From positions 32,001 through 96,000 of the forward strand of contig CAVONQ010000007.1 of NCBI GenBank assembly GCA_963697335.1: DNA of 64,000 nt. The letters are read 5' to 3'. Within the stretch, counting starts at the first letter, position 1, and each line of letters starts with the position of its first letter. Under the pieces are notes generated by a model. That model had not been told where the DNA came from. It was given only the letters and a program-made list of their open reading frames with translations, and did not search any database. Positions 10,577 through 22,537 of the stretch are shown in pieces. A program made the position numbers and the translations under genes. This stretch comes from an uncultured cyanobacterium. GTDB lineage: Bacteria > Cyanobacteriota > Cyanobacteriia > PCC-6307 > Cyanobiaceae.

Positions 10577-11620
10577 GTGCAGGTCACGTTTCTCGGCACC
10601 AGCTCCGGCGTTCCCACCCGCAGCCGCAATGTTTCCGCTGTGGCGCTGCGCCTGCCCCAGCGCAGCGAGCTCTGGCTGTTCGACTGCGGCGAGGGCACCC
10701 AGCACCAGTTTCTGCGCAGCTCCCTGCGGGTGAGCCAGCTGCGCCGGATCTTCGTCACCCACATGCATGGCGACCACGTCTTCGGCCTGCCGGGCCTGCT
10801 GGCCAGCCTTGGCATGGCCGGCAGCTGCGGCGGCATCGACCTCTACGGCCCCGATCGCCTGCGCGACTACCTGGAGGGGGTGCTGCACACCAGTTCCACT
10901 CGCATCGGCTACCCCCTGCGTCACCACCGGGTGGGCCAGGCGGCCCAGCAGGATCGCCTGGTGCTGGACGACGGGGATCTCACCGTGCGCTGCACCGCCC
11001 TCACCCACCGGGTACCGGCCTTCGGTTACCGCGTGGACCAGAAACCCAGGTCGGGGCGCTTTGACGTGGCCAGGGCCCAGGCTCTGGGCATCCCGCCCGG
11101 GCCCGTCTATGCGGAGCTGAAGCAGGGGCGGACCGTGACCCTGGAGGATGGCCGGATCATCCGCGGCAGTAGCCTCTGCGGCCCGCCCCAACCCGGCGCC
11201 AGCATGGTGTACTGCACGGACACGGTGTTCTGTGAGGCCGCCGTGGAGCTGGCCCGGGGCGCCGATCTGCTCATCCACGAGAGCACCTTCTCCCATGGGG
11301 AGGCGGAGCTCGCCTACCAGCGCCAGCACTCCACCAGCACCATGGCCGCCCAGACGGCGCTGGCCGCCGGGGTCAAGCAGCTGGCGCTGACCCATCTGAG
11401 CCCGCGCTACGTGGCCGGCAACGCGATCACCGCCGACGACCTCGTGGATGAAGCACGGGCCATCTTTGCCAACACGCTGCTGGCCAAGGACTTTCTCACC
11501 CTCGATGTGGTGCCCGGCCCCGCCGAGCCACTGGCCGAGGCCGGGACTGCCCCCAGCAGCGGCCCCGCTGCCCCCAGGGCCAGCCCAGGCCGCCGAGCAC
11601 CGGCGGGCCCACAGCCCTAG
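10577..11620 (+). CDS. rnz: Ribonuclease Z
   Basis: [45 protein letters not shown] upstream of GTG 10577. Confidence 0.95.
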   Translation: MQVTFLGTSSGVPTRSRNVSAVALRLPQRSELWLFDCGEGTQHQFLRSSLRVSQLRRIFVTHMHGDHVFGLPGLLASLGMAGSCGGIDLYGPDRLRDYLEGVLHTSSTRIGYPLRHHRVGQAAQQDRLVLDDGDLTVRCTALTHRVPAFGYRVDQKPRSGRFDVARAQALGIPPGPVYAELKQGRTVTLEDGRIIRGSSLCGPPQPGASMVYCTDTVFCEAAVELARGADLLIHESTFSHGEAELAYQRQHSTSTMAAQTALAAGVKQLALTHLSPRYVAGNAITADDLVDEARAIFANTLLAKDFLTLDVVPGPAEPLAEAGTAPSSGPAAPRASPGRRAPAGPQP

Positions 11621-11733
11621 CCCTGCAACAGTTCTCCCGACTGCGCCGCTACGGCCCCGTTGCCCGTGATACAAGGTCTCCGATGCGGTTTCCGTCGCCC
11701 CACCTCCCTCTGCCACACCGCCGGCTTCCCCCA

Positions 11734-12267
11734 ATGGCCTCAACCTTCTCCCCATCTGGCCTTCGCAGAGCGCTGCGGGCCGCCGCCCGTAGCCTGCTGG
11801 CGCTGCCCCTGGCCCTGCTGCTCTGCCTCGGCTTCGGCGGCCAGGCCCTTGCCGCCCAGTGGACCAGCGAGCAGCTCACCGTTCCCGCCAGCCCTGACGG
11901 CACCGCGGTGACCTTCAGCGAAGCGGAGATCAAGGGCGGTCGCAAGCTGTTCAACAACAGCTGCGGCGAGTGCCATGCCGGTGGCATCACCAAGACCAAC
12001 CAGAACGTGGGGCTCGACCCTGAGACCCTGGCCCTGGCCACCCCGGCCCGCGACAACGTCGAGGCCCTGGTGGACTACATGAAGGACCCCACCAGCTACG
12101 ACGGTGAATACAGCATCGCCGACCTGCATCCCAGCATGCGGAGCAGCGACGTGTTCGTGAAGATGCGCGATCTCGATGACGACGATCTGCGCCTGATGGC
12201 CGGCTACATCCTGGTGGCTCCCAAGGCCCAGGGCCTGCAGTGGGGCGGCGGCAAGATCTACTTCTGA
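11734..12267 (+). CDS. psbV: Photosystem II cytochrome c550
   Basis: Signal peptide, CGECH heme motif, GITKTNQNVGL, WGGGKIYF end. Confidence 0.96.
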   Translation: MASTFSPSGLRRALRAAARSLLALPLALLLCLGFGGQALAAQWTSEQLTVPASPDGTAVTFSEAEIKGGRKLFNNSCGECHAGGITKTNQNVGLDPETLALATPARDNVEALVDYMKDPTSYDGEYSIADLHPSMRSSDVFVKMRDLDDDDLRLMAGYILVAPKAQGLQWGGGKIYF

Positions 12268-12298
12268 GTCCGCTGTGCTCCAGCGGTCCTGCGAAGCC

Positions 12299-12793
12299 TC
12301 AGCCGGTGTCCCCGACACCGGCTTTTTGCTGGCTGGAGGGCCAGGGCGGGGCCGTTGGAGGCTGCTGGTTGGCGGGGTTGAGAGAACTGGGCAACTTGCT
12401 GTACCACCACTCCTGCAGGCCGCCTCCGAGGCGCACCGGAAACAGGGTGATCACCGTGGCGGTGGGGCGGGCGCCGGGCTGGAGCAGCTCCACGGCATAG
12501 GACGGGCAGCGACGGGCGGCCAGGTCGGCGACGAAGCGCCGGCCCACCCGCCGCCAGCTGGGCTCCTTGCTGCGCCAGGCCAGCCTGCAGCAGGGCCAGG
12601 GCAGGTCTTCCCGGTCGAACAGCCGGCAGCAGGCCCCCAGCACCCGATAGCTGTATTGGCCGCCTGGACTGGCGTGCACACTGCCCGGCTCCAGCAGCTC
12701 CTGATCGGGCCGGGGCAGCGGGTCGCTGGTGGAGGCACGACCAGGACCGAGCATCGAGCCAGGGGGCGGCTGGGAGGGCATGAAAAAAGCCAC
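12299..12793 (-). CDS. Hypothetical protein
   Basis: Fills the psbV-petF gap; YRVLGACCRLFDRE..WPCCRLAWRSKEPSW resembles a conserved picocyanobacterial hypothetical; true start probably at or downstream of the petF terminator. Confidence 0.6.
   Translation of the reverse strand: MAFFMPSQPPPGSMLGPGRASTSDPLPRPDQELLEPGSVHASPGGQYSYRVLGACCRLFDREDLPWPCCRLAWRSKEPSWRRVGRRFVADLAARRCPSYAVELLQPGARPTATVITLFPVRLGGGLQEWWYSKLPSSLNPANQQPPTAPPWPSSQQKAGVGDTG
12301..12327 (+). terminator. Intrinsic terminator after psbV
   Basis: AGCCGGTGTC-CCC-GACACCGGCT stem followed by TTTT. Confidence 0.8.
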
Positions 12794-12806
12794 CCATCAG
12801 GGTGGC
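12783..12806 (-). terminator. Intrinsic terminator after petF
   Basis: GCCACCC stem, 4-nt loop and T6 on the minus strand. Confidence 0.75.
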
Positions 12807-12863
12807 ATGGGCAGGACTGGAAGGCGAGAGGCCTGGTGGCCTCCCGTCAGACAGCCTGTGAAC

Positions 12864-13163
12864 TCAATAGAGCTCCTCTTCGGAGTGGGTCTTGATGGTG
12901 CAGTCGCTGGTGGGGTAGGCCACGCAGGTGAGCACGAAACCAGCTTCGATCTGGTCGTCGTCGAGGAAGCTCTGGTCAGACTGGTCAACGGTTCCGGCGG
13001 ACAGCTTGCCTGCGCAGGTGCTGCAGGCACCGGCGCGGCAGGAGTAGGGGAGGTCGATGCCCTGCTCTTCAGCGGCGTCGAGGATGTACTGATCGTCAGG
13101 AACCTCGATGGTCTTGTTGAGGCCTTCGCTCTCGTTGAGAAGGGTGACCTTATAGGAAGCCAT
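12864..13163 (-). CDS. petF: Ferredoxin I (2Fe-2S)
   Basis: [17 protein letters not shown]...[10 protein letters not shown]. Confidence 0.98.
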   Translation of the reverse strand: MASYKVTLLNESEGLNKTIEVPDDQYILDAAEEQGIDLPYSCRAGACSTCAGKLSAGTVDQSDQSFLDDDQIEAGFVLTCVAYPTSDCTIKTHSEEELY

Positions 13164-13295
13164 GGAAGGGATTGGGGCTCACAGGCACCCGGGCGACCGG
13201 GCCTGTAGGACCCGCCCTTCATACATCCGCCACAGGCCGTTCCTGCCGATTTCCAGGCCCGAGGGCTGGAAGGCCAATCAAAGGGCAAGCACAGA

Positions 13296-14252
13296 TCAGC
13301 GTGCCTTATGCGACATCCGGCCCCGGCCCCAGGCCCTGCGGATGCGCAACAGCGCCCAGCCGCTCTGCTGGCGCGCCAGGGTGCTGTCCCAGCCCTCGGC
13401 TGCAAGAACCCTCTGCAGACGCTCTGTCTGATCCACCAGCAGGCCACTGAGCACCCCCACCCCCCCAGGAGCCAGCAGGCTGCTGAAGGCGGGGCAGAGG
13501 GCTTCGATCACGGGCGCCAGGATGTTGCAGAGCAGCAAGTCGGCTTGCTGGCCGGCCTGCAGGGCCGCGAGTTCCGCCGCCGAGCCCTGCACCACCCGCA
13601 GCTGCTTGCCACAGCCGTTCATGACTGCGTTCTCGCGGGTGGCCCGCACGGCCAGGGCATCGGTGTCGGCGGCAGCCACCCGGGTGGCACCCTGCAGCAG
13701 GGCCGCCACGCCGAGGACGCCGCTGCCGCAGCCCAGGTCGGCCACGCTGAACTCCGCCGCAGGGCGTCCCCCCGCCGTCCCCTGCTCCGCCAGCAGAGCC
13801 TCGATCTCCTCCAGGCAGAGGCGCGTGGTGGGATGGCTGCCCGTGCCGAAGGCGCTGCCGGGGTCCATGCGAATCACGAGCCTGTCGGCGTGCTCCGCAG
13901 GCCGACTCAGCCAGGCAGGGAGGATCAGCAGCCGCTGGCCCACCGGATCGGGCTGCCAGTGCTGCTTCCAGCTGCTGCTCCAGTCTTCATCGGCCTGCTG
14001 CTGCCAGGACACGGGCGGGAAGGCCAGGTCGAAGGGCGCGGCCAGGCGGGCCAGGGCAGCCTCCAGCTGCCGTCGCTCGGTCTCAGGCCAGTCGATGGCC
14101 GGCAGCCAGGCCTGCAGCAGGCGCTGGTCAGGCCGCTCAGGCCGATGCCGGATCGCCACCCGGGGCAGGCCCATGTCCTGCAGCTTCCACAGCAGCGACT
14201 CCTCCAGTTCGGGCGGCACGGGGAGTTCGAGCCGCCACCAGCACAGGTCCAT
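13296..14252 (-). CDS. prmA: Ribosomal protein L11 methyltransferase
   Basis: DPGSAFGTGSHPTTRLCL, DLGCGSGVL, NILA. Confidence 0.95.
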   Translation of the reverse strand: MDLCWWRLELPVPPELEESLLWKLQDMGLPRVAIRHRPERPDQRLLQAWLPAIDWPETERRQLEAALARLAAPFDLAFPPVSWQQQADEDWSSSWKQHWQPDPVGQRLLILPAWLSRPAEHADRLVIRMDPGSAFGTGSHPTTRLCLEEIEALLAEQGTAGGRPAAEFSVADLGCGSGVLGVAALLQGATRVAAADTDALAVRATRENAVMNGCGKQLRVVQGSAAELAALQAGQQADLLLCNILAPVIEALCPAFSSLLAPGGVGVLSGLLVDQTERLQRVLAAEGWDSTLARQQSGWALLRIRRAWGRGRMSHKAR

Positions 14253-14281
14253 GGTTGATCGCGGCAGGGGAACGACCCCGG

Positions 14282-15868
14282 TCAGAGGGTCACCGGATGG
14301 GCCTCCTGGATGCCGGTGATCTCATTCACCCGGGCCAGCAGGCTGGCGGGGATCGGATCATCCAGGCTGAGCACCATCACGGCATCGCCCCGCACGATGC
14401 GGCGTCCCACCTGCATCGAGGCGATGTTGACGTTGTTCTCGCCCAGCACCGAGCCGATCTGGCCAATGATCCCGGGCATGTCGCGGTGGCGGGTGAACAG
14501 CATGTGGCGGCTCGGGTTCACGCTCACGGGGAATTCGTCGATGCAGGTGACCCGCAGCTCGCCATCGGCGAACACGGCTCCTGTAACGCTGTGGTTGCCG
14601 AGACTGCTGCGGGAGCTGAGCTGCAGCGAGCCGCCGGCGTAGTCGCGGGCGGCGTCATCCTTCACCTCGAGCACGTGGATGCCGCGCTCCTTGGCCTCCA
14701 GGCTGGCGTTCACGTAATTGATCGAATCGCCGAGGGCGGTGGAGAGCATGCCCTTGAGGGCGGCCACCACAAGGGGCTGGGCCGGGTGGCTGGCGAACTC
14801 GCCCTGGAGGCGCACCTCCAGCTCGCTGATGGCGCCGCCGGCCAGCTGGCTCACCAGCTGGCCCAGGGTCTCGGCCAGCTGCAGGTGAGGTTTGAGCTGC
14901 TCCATCACCTCGGCGTTGAGGCCGGGGATGTTCACGGCACTGCGGGCAGGCAGGCCCTGCAGCACGTCCCTGATCTGCTCGGCCACATCGATGGCCACGT
15001 TCTCCTGGGCCTCGGCGGTGCTCGCCCCGAGGTGGGGGGTGAGCAGCAGGCGCTCCTTCACACTCCGCAGTGGCGAGTCGGCGGCCAGGGGCTCCTTGGC
15101 GTACACGTCCAGGGCGGCGCCGGCGATCACGCCGGCCTCCACGGCCTCCGCCAGGGCCGCCTCATCGACAATGCCGCCCCGGGCGCAGTTCACCAGGCGG
15201 GCCGTGGGCTTCATGGTGCGCAGCAGCGCCGCATTCACCAGGTTCTCGGTGTCCGGCGTGCGGGGCAGGTGCAGGGTGACGTAGTCGGCCTGGGCGAACA
15301 GCTCGGCCAGGGGCAGCAGCTTCACCTGCATCGTCTGAGCCCGCTCGGGAGAGACGAAGGGGTCGTAGGCGAGCAACTCCATGCCCATGGCCTTGGCCAC
15401 CCGGGCCACGTGGGAGCCGATCTTGCCGAGGCCCACCACGCCGAGCTTCTTCTTGTAGAGCTCATTGCCCACGTAGGTCTTGCGGTCCCAGCCGCCGGCC
15501 AGGGTGCTGGCGTGGGCCTGGGGCACGTGCCGCGACAGCGACAGCATCAGGGCCAGGGCGTGCTCGGCGGCCGCGATCGTGTTGCCCTCAGGCGAATTCA
15601 CCACCAGCACACCGCGGCGGGTGGCGGCAGGCACGTCCACGTTGTCGACGCCGACGCCGGCCCGACCGATGATCTTGAGCTGGTCGGCGGCCTCGATCAC
15701 GTCGGCCGTCACCGTGGTGCCGGAGCGGATCATCAGGGCGTCGTAGCCACCGATGCAGGCCTGGAGCTCCGCGGCCGAGAGCCCGGGGCGGAGGTCCACC
15801 TGGGCCACCTCGGAGAGGATGTCGATCCCCGCCTGGTCGATGGGATCAGAGACGAGAACCTTTGTCAT
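14282..15868 (-). CDS. serA: D-3-phosphoglycerate dehydrogenase
   Basis: IGRAGVGVDN, GLGKIG, NCARGG, TPHLGAST and C-terminal ACT domain. Confidence 0.97.
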   Translation of the reverse strand: MTKVLVSDPIDQAGIDILSEVAQVDLRPGLSAAELQACIGGYDALMIRSGTTVTADVIEAADQLKIIGRAGVGVDNVDVPAATRRGVLVVNSPEGNTIAAAEHALALMLSLSRHVPQAHASTLAGGWDRKTYVGNELYKKKLGVVGLGKIGSHVARVAKAMGMELLAYDPFVSPERAQTMQVKLLPLAELFAQADYVTLHLPRTPDTENLVNAALLRTMKPTARLVNCARGGIVDEAALAEAVEAGVIAGAALDVYAKEPLAADSPLRSVKERLLLTPHLGASTAEAQENVAIDVAEQIRDVLQGLPARSAVNIPGLNAEVMEQLKPHLQLAETLGQLVSQLAGGAISELEVRLQGEFASHPAQPLVVAALKGMLSTALGDSINYVNASLEAKERGIHVLEVKDDAARDYAGGSLQLSSRSSLGNHSVTGAVFADGELRVTCIDEFPVSVNPSRHMLFTRHRDMPGIIGQIGSVLGENNVNIASMQVGRRIVRGDAVMVLSLDDPIPASLLARVNEITGIQEAHPVTL

Positions 15869-15954
15869 GCCCGGCGGGTGGGGTGGGGAAGCCGGAGGTG
15901 AAGTGTAGTGAGCAGCGAGAATCCCCTTGAAACCGATTTCTGAGGCACAGCGGC

Positions 15955-16458
15955 GTGGGCACGAGCGTGGTGGTGGTGTTCAACGACCGCAAGCGGCTGA
16001 AGCAGCTCCAGCAGAGCCTGGCCGAGCGCCAGCCTCCTCTGGTGGAGCTGGTGGCCATCGGGGCCCAGGAGAGCAGCCTCAACGACGTGCCCCGCCTCAA
16101 TCCGGCGGTGGCCCGCCGCAACCGGCAGCGCAGCATGGCCCGCTGGCTGCTGCCCTTCGGCTTCATTGCCGGGCTCACCTTCACCTACATCACCGATCTC
16201 GACACCTTTGCCTTCGCCGGGGCCTGGAGCCAGCACCTGATCGGCGCCCTGCTGGGTCTGGGGTCGGGCTGGATGGGCAGTTTCGCCGCCTCGGCCAGCG
16301 TGAGCTCCGAGGACGACGACAGGATCCGCGGCCTGCGCAACCGGCTGGAGGAGGGCAGCTGGCTGCTGCTGGCTGAGACCGCCAGCGGCGTGGACATGCC
16401 CTGGCGGCTGCTGCAGCAGCACCGGCCCCAGGCGGTGGTGCGCCTGGCGGACCGCTGA
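15955..16458 (+). CDS. Hypothetical membrane protein (about 2 TM)
   Basis: Hydrophobic hairpin; stop overlaps the next ATG (TGATG). Confidence 0.7.
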   Translation: MGTSVVVVFNDRKRLKQLQQSLAERQPPLVELVAIGAQESSLNDVPRLNPAVARRNRQRSMARWLLPFGFIAGLTFTYITDLDTFAFAGAWSQHLIGALLGLGSGWMGSFAASASVSSEDDDRIRGLRNRLEEGSWLLLAETASGVDMPWRLLQQHRPQAVVRLADR

Positions 16459-17240
16459 TGCTGCCGCGCCGCGACCTGCTGTCGGGCAGCCGCCATCCGG
16501 CCGAGCTGGAGGCCCTGATCGCCACCGCCGAACGGGTGCTGCACACCTGGCAGCCCCTCTGGAGCGGGTTTCTGGAGGGCTCGGTGCTGGAGGAGGCCCA
16601 GCAGCGCCTGGGCGATCTGGCCGAACTGCAGCTCCATGCCGAGGGGGGCTATGCCGGGGCGGAGCGCTGCCGGCTGCTGCTCAGCCGGCGGGACGGCGCC
16701 CAGGAGAGCGATGCCCCGCAGGCGGCCCTGGCCGGCCTCAGCCTGAATGGCAACTTTCTGTTCGATCCAGCCGAACCAGCCGAGTTCCGCGCCAGCCTCA
16801 GCGCGGCGGGGCTCCCCCCTGAAGCCCTGGGCGATCTCTGGCTGCGGGGCGACCGCGGTGCCCAGGCCGTGATGATCCCCAGCTGCGCCCTGCCCAAGGC
16901 GCTGGATCTGCAGGTGCGCAGCGTGCCGGTGACCCTGGAGCCCCTGCCCCTGGAGCAGCTTCAGCCCCCGGGGCGCCGCCTGGCACGCCGCATCGACACC
17001 GTGGAGGCCTCCCGGCGGCTGGACGCGGTCGCCTCCGCCGGCTTCGGCGTCTCGCGCAGTCGCATGGGCAGCTGGATCCGCGGCGGTCTGGTGCGGCTCA
17101 ACTGGGTCGAGGTGACCCGCCCGGGCCACGAGTTGGTGGCGGGCGACCGGGTGCAGCTGAGCGGCAAGGGGGAGCTGCAGGTGGAGGCGATCAGCCCCAC
17201 CAAGCGCGACCGCTTCCGCATCACCCTGCAGCGCCGCTGA
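16458..17240 (+). CDS. Photosystem II S4-domain / YlmH-like RNA-binding protein
   Basis: GGYAGAER and S4 motif RLDAVASAGFGVSRS...GDRVQLSGKG. Confidence 0.88.
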   Translation: MLPRRDLLSGSRHPAELEALIATAERVLHTWQPLWSGFLEGSVLEEAQQRLGDLAELQLHAEGGYAGAERCRLLLSRRDGAQESDAPQAALAGLSLNGNFLFDPAEPAEFRASLSAAGLPPEALGDLWLRGDRGAQAVMIPSCALPKALDLQVRSVPVTLEPLPLEQLQPPGRRLARRIDTVEASRRLDAVASAGFGVSRSRMGSWIRGGLVRLNWVEVTRPGHELVAGDRVQLSGKGELQVEAISPTKRDRFRITLQRR

Positions 17241-17472
17241 TGGCTGCTGGAGGCGAGAGCTCCGACTGCTAGGTTCCAAGCACCTTGTTACGGCAGGGCA
17301 CGGCATCGACCCGCTGCAGGACGGGGACCGTTGATGACTGATCCAGGCCCCAGGCCCGGTTGACTGTCACCAACAGCCTGTCTCGACCAGGGTTGACGTC
17401 GTTATCAAGATTCGGGCTTGAATTCAGAGTCAAGCACCGGGCTTCAACCTTCCACTCTCGAACCCGTTTTAC

Positions 17473-17544
17473 GGGCGATTAGCTCAGAGGTAGAGCACTA
17501 CCTTGACACGGTAGGAGTCACTGGTTCGATTCCAGTATCGCCCA
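17473..17544 (+). tRNA. trnV: tRNA-Val(GAC)
   Basis: GGGCGAT/ATCGCCC acceptor stem, TAGCTCAG D-arm, CTACC-TTGACAC-GGTAG anticodon arm, GGTTCGATTCC T-arm; CCA not encoded. Confidence 0.97.
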
Positions 17545-17579
17545 TTTGTCTGAACCGGCGCCCTGCAGCGCCGCCTCCG

Positions 17580-18998
<1,419 letters not shown>

Positions 18999-19060
18999 TC
19001 GTGCCTGCTGCTGTCACCCCCCGGCACTGCCTCTAGCATGGGTTTCTGGCTGGCGGTGCG

Positions 19061-19531
19061 ATGGCCTACTGGTTGATGAAGAGCGAGCCCGAGGTCTACG
19101 GCATCGACCACCTGCAGCGGGAGGTCACCACGCTGTGGGATGGAATCCGCAACTACCAGGCCCGCAACTTCATGCGCAGCATGGTGCCTGGAGATCTGGC
19201 CTTCTTCTATCACTCCAACACCAAGCCACCCGGCATCATCGGTCTGATGGAGGTGATCGAAACCCATCTGGTGGATCCCAGCCAGTTCGACCCCACCTCG
19301 AAGTATTTCGATGCCGCCGCCTCCCCGGAAAACCCCCGCTGGGACTGCGTCCGCCTGCGCTATCGCACCACCTACCCCCGGATGCTGACCCTCGATGCCC
19401 TTCGGGAGGGTTTTACCCCTGAGGAGCTGGGCGTGGTCAAGCGGGGCAACCGGCTGTCGATCCTGCCTGTGCCGGAGGCCACCGCCCGGCGATTGGAGAA
19501 GCTCCTCGCGGTCGTCCCCGGGGAGGCCTGA
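19061..19531 (+). CDS. EVE domain protein
   Basis: MAYWLMKSEP, WDGIRNYQARNF, FFYHS, RLSILPV. Confidence 0.93.
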   Translation: MAYWLMKSEPEVYGIDHLQREVTTLWDGIRNYQARNFMRSMVPGDLAFFYHSNTKPPGIIGLMEVIETHLVDPSQFDPTSKYFDAAASPENPRWDCVRLRYRTTYPRMLTLDALREGFTPEELGVVKRGNRLSILPVPEATARRLEKLLAVVPGEA

Positions 19532-20295
19532 TGGCTGATCCTGTGGCTGCGGCCACACCCGCCATCGCCATCCGACGGGCCGTGGAGGAGGGCTGGCAGG
19601 CCTTCATCAGAGCTCCGGTTCCCTTCGTGCTGTTCACCACAGTGCTGGGAAGTGTGAACCTGCTCTGCCAGCTGGCGATCCGCTTCCAGCAGGACCAGCT
19701 GCTGACGCCCTTCGGCCAGCCTGACGCCGGTGCCCAGCTCCTGCTGGTCATCGCCTGGTTCTGCTGGGGACTCAGCAACCTCTGGCTGGCCGTGGGGCTG
19801 CTGCACGGTGCCAGCACCGCCCTGGACCATGGCCGACCACGGCTGCGCCGGATGCTGCGGCCCGATGGCCAGGCCATGCTGCGGGGGGCCGGCACCCTGG
19901 GCCTGGTATTGCTGGTGCTGGGAGCCATTGCCCGGCTTGCCCAGGCCAGCGGCTGGCTGCTGGCCCTGATCCAGCCGGTGCTGTCCTGGCTGCCGCTGCT
20001 GGCCGGCTGGGCTGTGACCGTCTACCTGGCCACCGACCAGCTGCTCTGCCTGCCGATCAGCGTGCTCGGCCAGGCCACACCCCTGGGGGCCTTCCGAGAG
20101 GGGCGCCGGGCGATTGATCCCCACTGGCTCCAGGCCCTCGGGCTCACCCTGGTGTTGATTCTGGTGGTGTTGGCGGGGTTCCTGGGGCTGCTGCTGGGGC
20201 TTGTGGTGGCTCTGCCGGTGGCCACCTGCATCCAGACCGCGGCCTACCGCCAGCTCTTCGGCAGCCAGGCTCAGCGCCCCCTGAACTCCGACTGA
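19531..20295 (+). CDS. Hypothetical polytopic membrane protein
   Basis: Several hydrophobic helices; TGATG coupling to the EVE gene. Confidence 0.7.
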   Translation: MADPVAAATPAIAIRRAVEEGWQAFIRAPVPFVLFTTVLGSVNLLCQLAIRFQQDQLLTPFGQPDAGAQLLLVIAWFCWGLSNLWLAVGLLHGASTALDHGRPRLRRMLRPDGQAMLRGAGTLGLVLLVLGAIARLAQASGWLLALIQPVLSWLPLLAGWAVTVYLATDQLLCLPISVLGQATPLGAFREGRRAIDPHWLQALGLTLVLILVVLAGFLGLLLGLVVALPVATCIQTAAYRQLFGSQAQRPLNSD

Positions 20296-20537
20296 GTCGG
20301 GAACAAGGTGGCCAGGTAGGTGCGGGTGAGCTCGCGGCTCTGCTCTCCGTTCTGCACCAGAAATCCCGCCAGGGCCGCCTGCACCAGCCTGTATTGATCC
20401 CAGTGGGGGTGACGCTCGATGAACAGGCGCATGCTGCGCAGCAACCCCTCGGGAACGCAGGCCTGCAGGCTCACGGTGGGGGATGGCTCAGGGGCAGACA
20501 CGTCTGCCGCACCACCATGGCCATCGGCGTTGTCCAT
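20271..20537 (-). CDS. DUF2811-like small cyanobacterial protein
   Basis: VSLQACVPEGL...FIERHPHWDQYRLVQAALAGFLVQNG; ATG at 20537. Confidence 0.8.
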   Translation of the reverse strand: MDNADGHGGAADVSAPEPSPTVSLQACVPEGLLRSMRLFIERHPHWDQYRLVQAALAGFLVQNGEQSRELTRTYLATLFPTQSEFRGR

Positions 20538-20938
20538 AGCGGCCTGAGCTCTGCGATCGCCACCCAATAGCCCACAGGTCGGCGAGGGGGTCAAATTCCG
20601 CCGATCCGGGCAGAGGGGAGGGGTTCCCACCCTGAGATCCCCGGCTGCACCAGGGGTGCTCCCCCCACGGCGCTCCGCCGTCAAGGACCGCCACGCTCGA
20701 AACCGGTCTGTCAAGAAGGGCGAGGCGCCAAGCCCCTCGGTGTGCCCCCTCTCCCCAGGGCCGGGCAGGCGCCAGTCCGGGCCAACAAGGCCCCCGGGAA
20801 AACCTGGGGAAAAGGAGGGTCTGACCTGGGGGATCTCCAGCAGGGCTGGACCAATCAGCACTGCTGATCACCTCCAAACAGACCGATGCAGTCTCAGCCG
20901 GGATCAGCAGCACAAGCTGGAGGGCCCGGAGCCCGCCG

Positions 20939-21817
20939 ATGCCTTCTGCCCCCCCGATCGCCCTGCTCGGAACAGGACTGCTGGGAGCCGCCATCGCCGA
21001 ACGGCTGCTGCAGCAGGGCTACAGCGTTCAGGCCTGGAACCGCAGCCCCGCCCGGCTGCGGGCCCTGGAGGCCTGGGGTGCCCTGGCCTGCTCGAGCCCC
21101 GCCGCCGCGACGCAGGGTTGCGACTGGGTGATCACTGTGCTCGCCGACGCCAGCGCCTGCCGCCAGGTGCTGCTGGAGCAGCCAGCGCTGGAGCTGGTGG
21201 GCCTGCGGGTGGTGCAGATGGGCACCATCGGGCCATGGGAAAGCCAGGAGCTGGCGGAGGCGATCAGCGGCCGTGGCGGCCGCTACCTGGAGGCGCCGGT
21301 GCTGGGCAGCAGGCCAGAGGCCCTGGCAGGCAGCCTGCAGGTGATGGCGGCAGGGCCGGACGAGCTGTTCGCCGAGGCCCTGCCCCTGCTGCAAGACCTG
21401 GGTCCCCAGCCCATCCATCTGGGTCCGGTGGGCCGGGCCATGCACACCAAACTGGCCCTCAACCAGCTGATCGCCAGCCTCACCCATGCCTTCAGCCTCT
21501 CGCTGCAGCTGGTGCAGGCGGCCGGGGTGGAGAGGGAGAGCTTCCTGGCCCTGCTGCGGGGCAGCGCCCTGCATGCGCCCACCTTCGACAAGAAGCTCTC
21601 CAGGATGGTGGCTGGCGACTACGCCAATCCCAACTTCCCCACCGCCCACCTGCGCAAGGACCTGAACCTGTTCCTGCAGGCGGCCCAGCGCCAGGGCCTC
21701 CACACCGAAGGGCTCGCGGGCCTGGCGGCGCTGCTGGAGCGGGCCTCAGGCAGCCGCCTCGATGGCCTCGACTACAGCGCCCTGCACGAGCTCACGGGCC
21801 CCTACTGCGAGGCTTGA
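20939..21817 (+). CDS. NAD(P)-dependent oxidoreductase, beta-hydroxyacid dehydrogenase family
   Basis: IALLGTGLLG, WNRS, EAPVLGS, KLALNQL. Confidence 0.9.
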   Translation: MPSAPPIALLGTGLLGAAIAERLLQQGYSVQAWNRSPARLRALEAWGALACSSPAAATQGCDWVITVLADASACRQVLLEQPALELVGLRVVQMGTIGPWESQELAEAISGRGGRYLEAPVLGSRPEALAGSLQVMAAGPDELFAEALPLLQDLGPQPIHLGPVGRAMHTKLALNQLIASLTHAFSLSLQLVQAAGVERESFLALLRGSALHAPTFDKKLSRMVAGDYANPNFPTAHLRKDLNLFLQAAQRQGLHTEGLAGLAALLERASGSRLDGLDYSALHELTGPYCEA

Positions 21818-22203
21818 AGGTCCAAGCCTTGAAGGCCCTGCTCCAGGGCAGCGGCAATGGCAGCGCTGCCCTGGGAGCACCAGCGCCCCTCGAACCCTCG
21901 CCGCTCCGGGCCCGGGGCCAGCACGACCCGCAGGGTCCAGGCCGTGGGGTGGCCCTCGATCTCCAGCCAGAGGGAGCCTGCTCCACAGGGGCGCTCCAAC
22001 TCAAGGGTGATGGCCTCTTCCGCCATCAGCTGATCCGCCAGCGCATCCAGTTGGGCAGCGAGCTCCTGAACACCGCTCGCCAGCAGGCAGGCCTCCCCGG
22101 CACTCAGCTCGGCGGCCCAGTCCTCAGCCCCAACCAGCACGGGCCAGGGGGCACGGCAGGGGTCCACCACCAACCGCCATCCCTGCCCCTCGAAAACCTG
22201 CAC
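21802..22203 (-). CDS. DUF1818-like protein
   Basis: EGQGWRL..DP...LVGAEDWAAEL, DQLMAEEAITLELE, RGFEGRW. Confidence 0.75.
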   Translation of the reverse strand: MQVFEGQGWRLVVDPCRAPWPVLVGAEDWAAELSAGEACLLASGVQELAAQLDALADQLMAEEAITLELERPCGAGSLWLEIEGHPTAWTLRVVLAPGPERRGFEGRWCSQGSAAIAAALEQGLQGLDLQASQ

Positions 22204-22222
22204 AGCCGGGTGCCTGCGGCGG

Positions 22223-22468
22223 TCAGCCAGGCAACAGGGCGGGCTGGTCCTGCTCATCGCTGAGCTCGACGATCGCCCGCTGCACGGGTTTGATCATCGA
22301 CTCATCCAGCAGGCCGTCGAAGTCGTCAAAGCGACGCTGCTTGGCGCGGAAGGCAATCCGAACCGTGGTGAGGTAGCGGTTACTGGAGTGCCGGATCAGG
22401 CTCTCCGCCCGCTGGGCCAGTTCCTTGGGATTGACGTCCAGACCACGTTGCATCGGATGCCTTACCAC
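22223..22468 (-). CDS. rpoZ: RNA polymerase omega subunit
   Basis: [23 protein letters not shown]...[13 protein letters not shown]. Confidence 0.92.
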   Translation of the reverse strand: MVRHPMQRGLDVNPKELAQRAESLIRHSSNRYLTTVRIAFRAKQRRFDDFDGLLDESMIKPVQRAIVELSDEQDQPALLPG

Positions 22469-22537
22469 AGTTCTCTAAACCTAGGCCACCACCCTGGGAA
22501 CTCCCGTACCCCCACTCCGACCGTCTAGAAGGACGCC

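Noticed and set aside
17473..17544. tRNA as an integration site
   Set aside because: Flanked by core genes; no integrase, and no duplicated tRNA 3' end was noticed
17418..17579. N-terminal extension of murD in the ORF track
   Set aside because: It runs through tRNA-Val; MurD-like sequence starts after ATG 17580
19061..19531. EVE protein as part of a modification-dependent restriction system
   Set aside because: Stand-alone EVE domain among core genes with no nuclease partner
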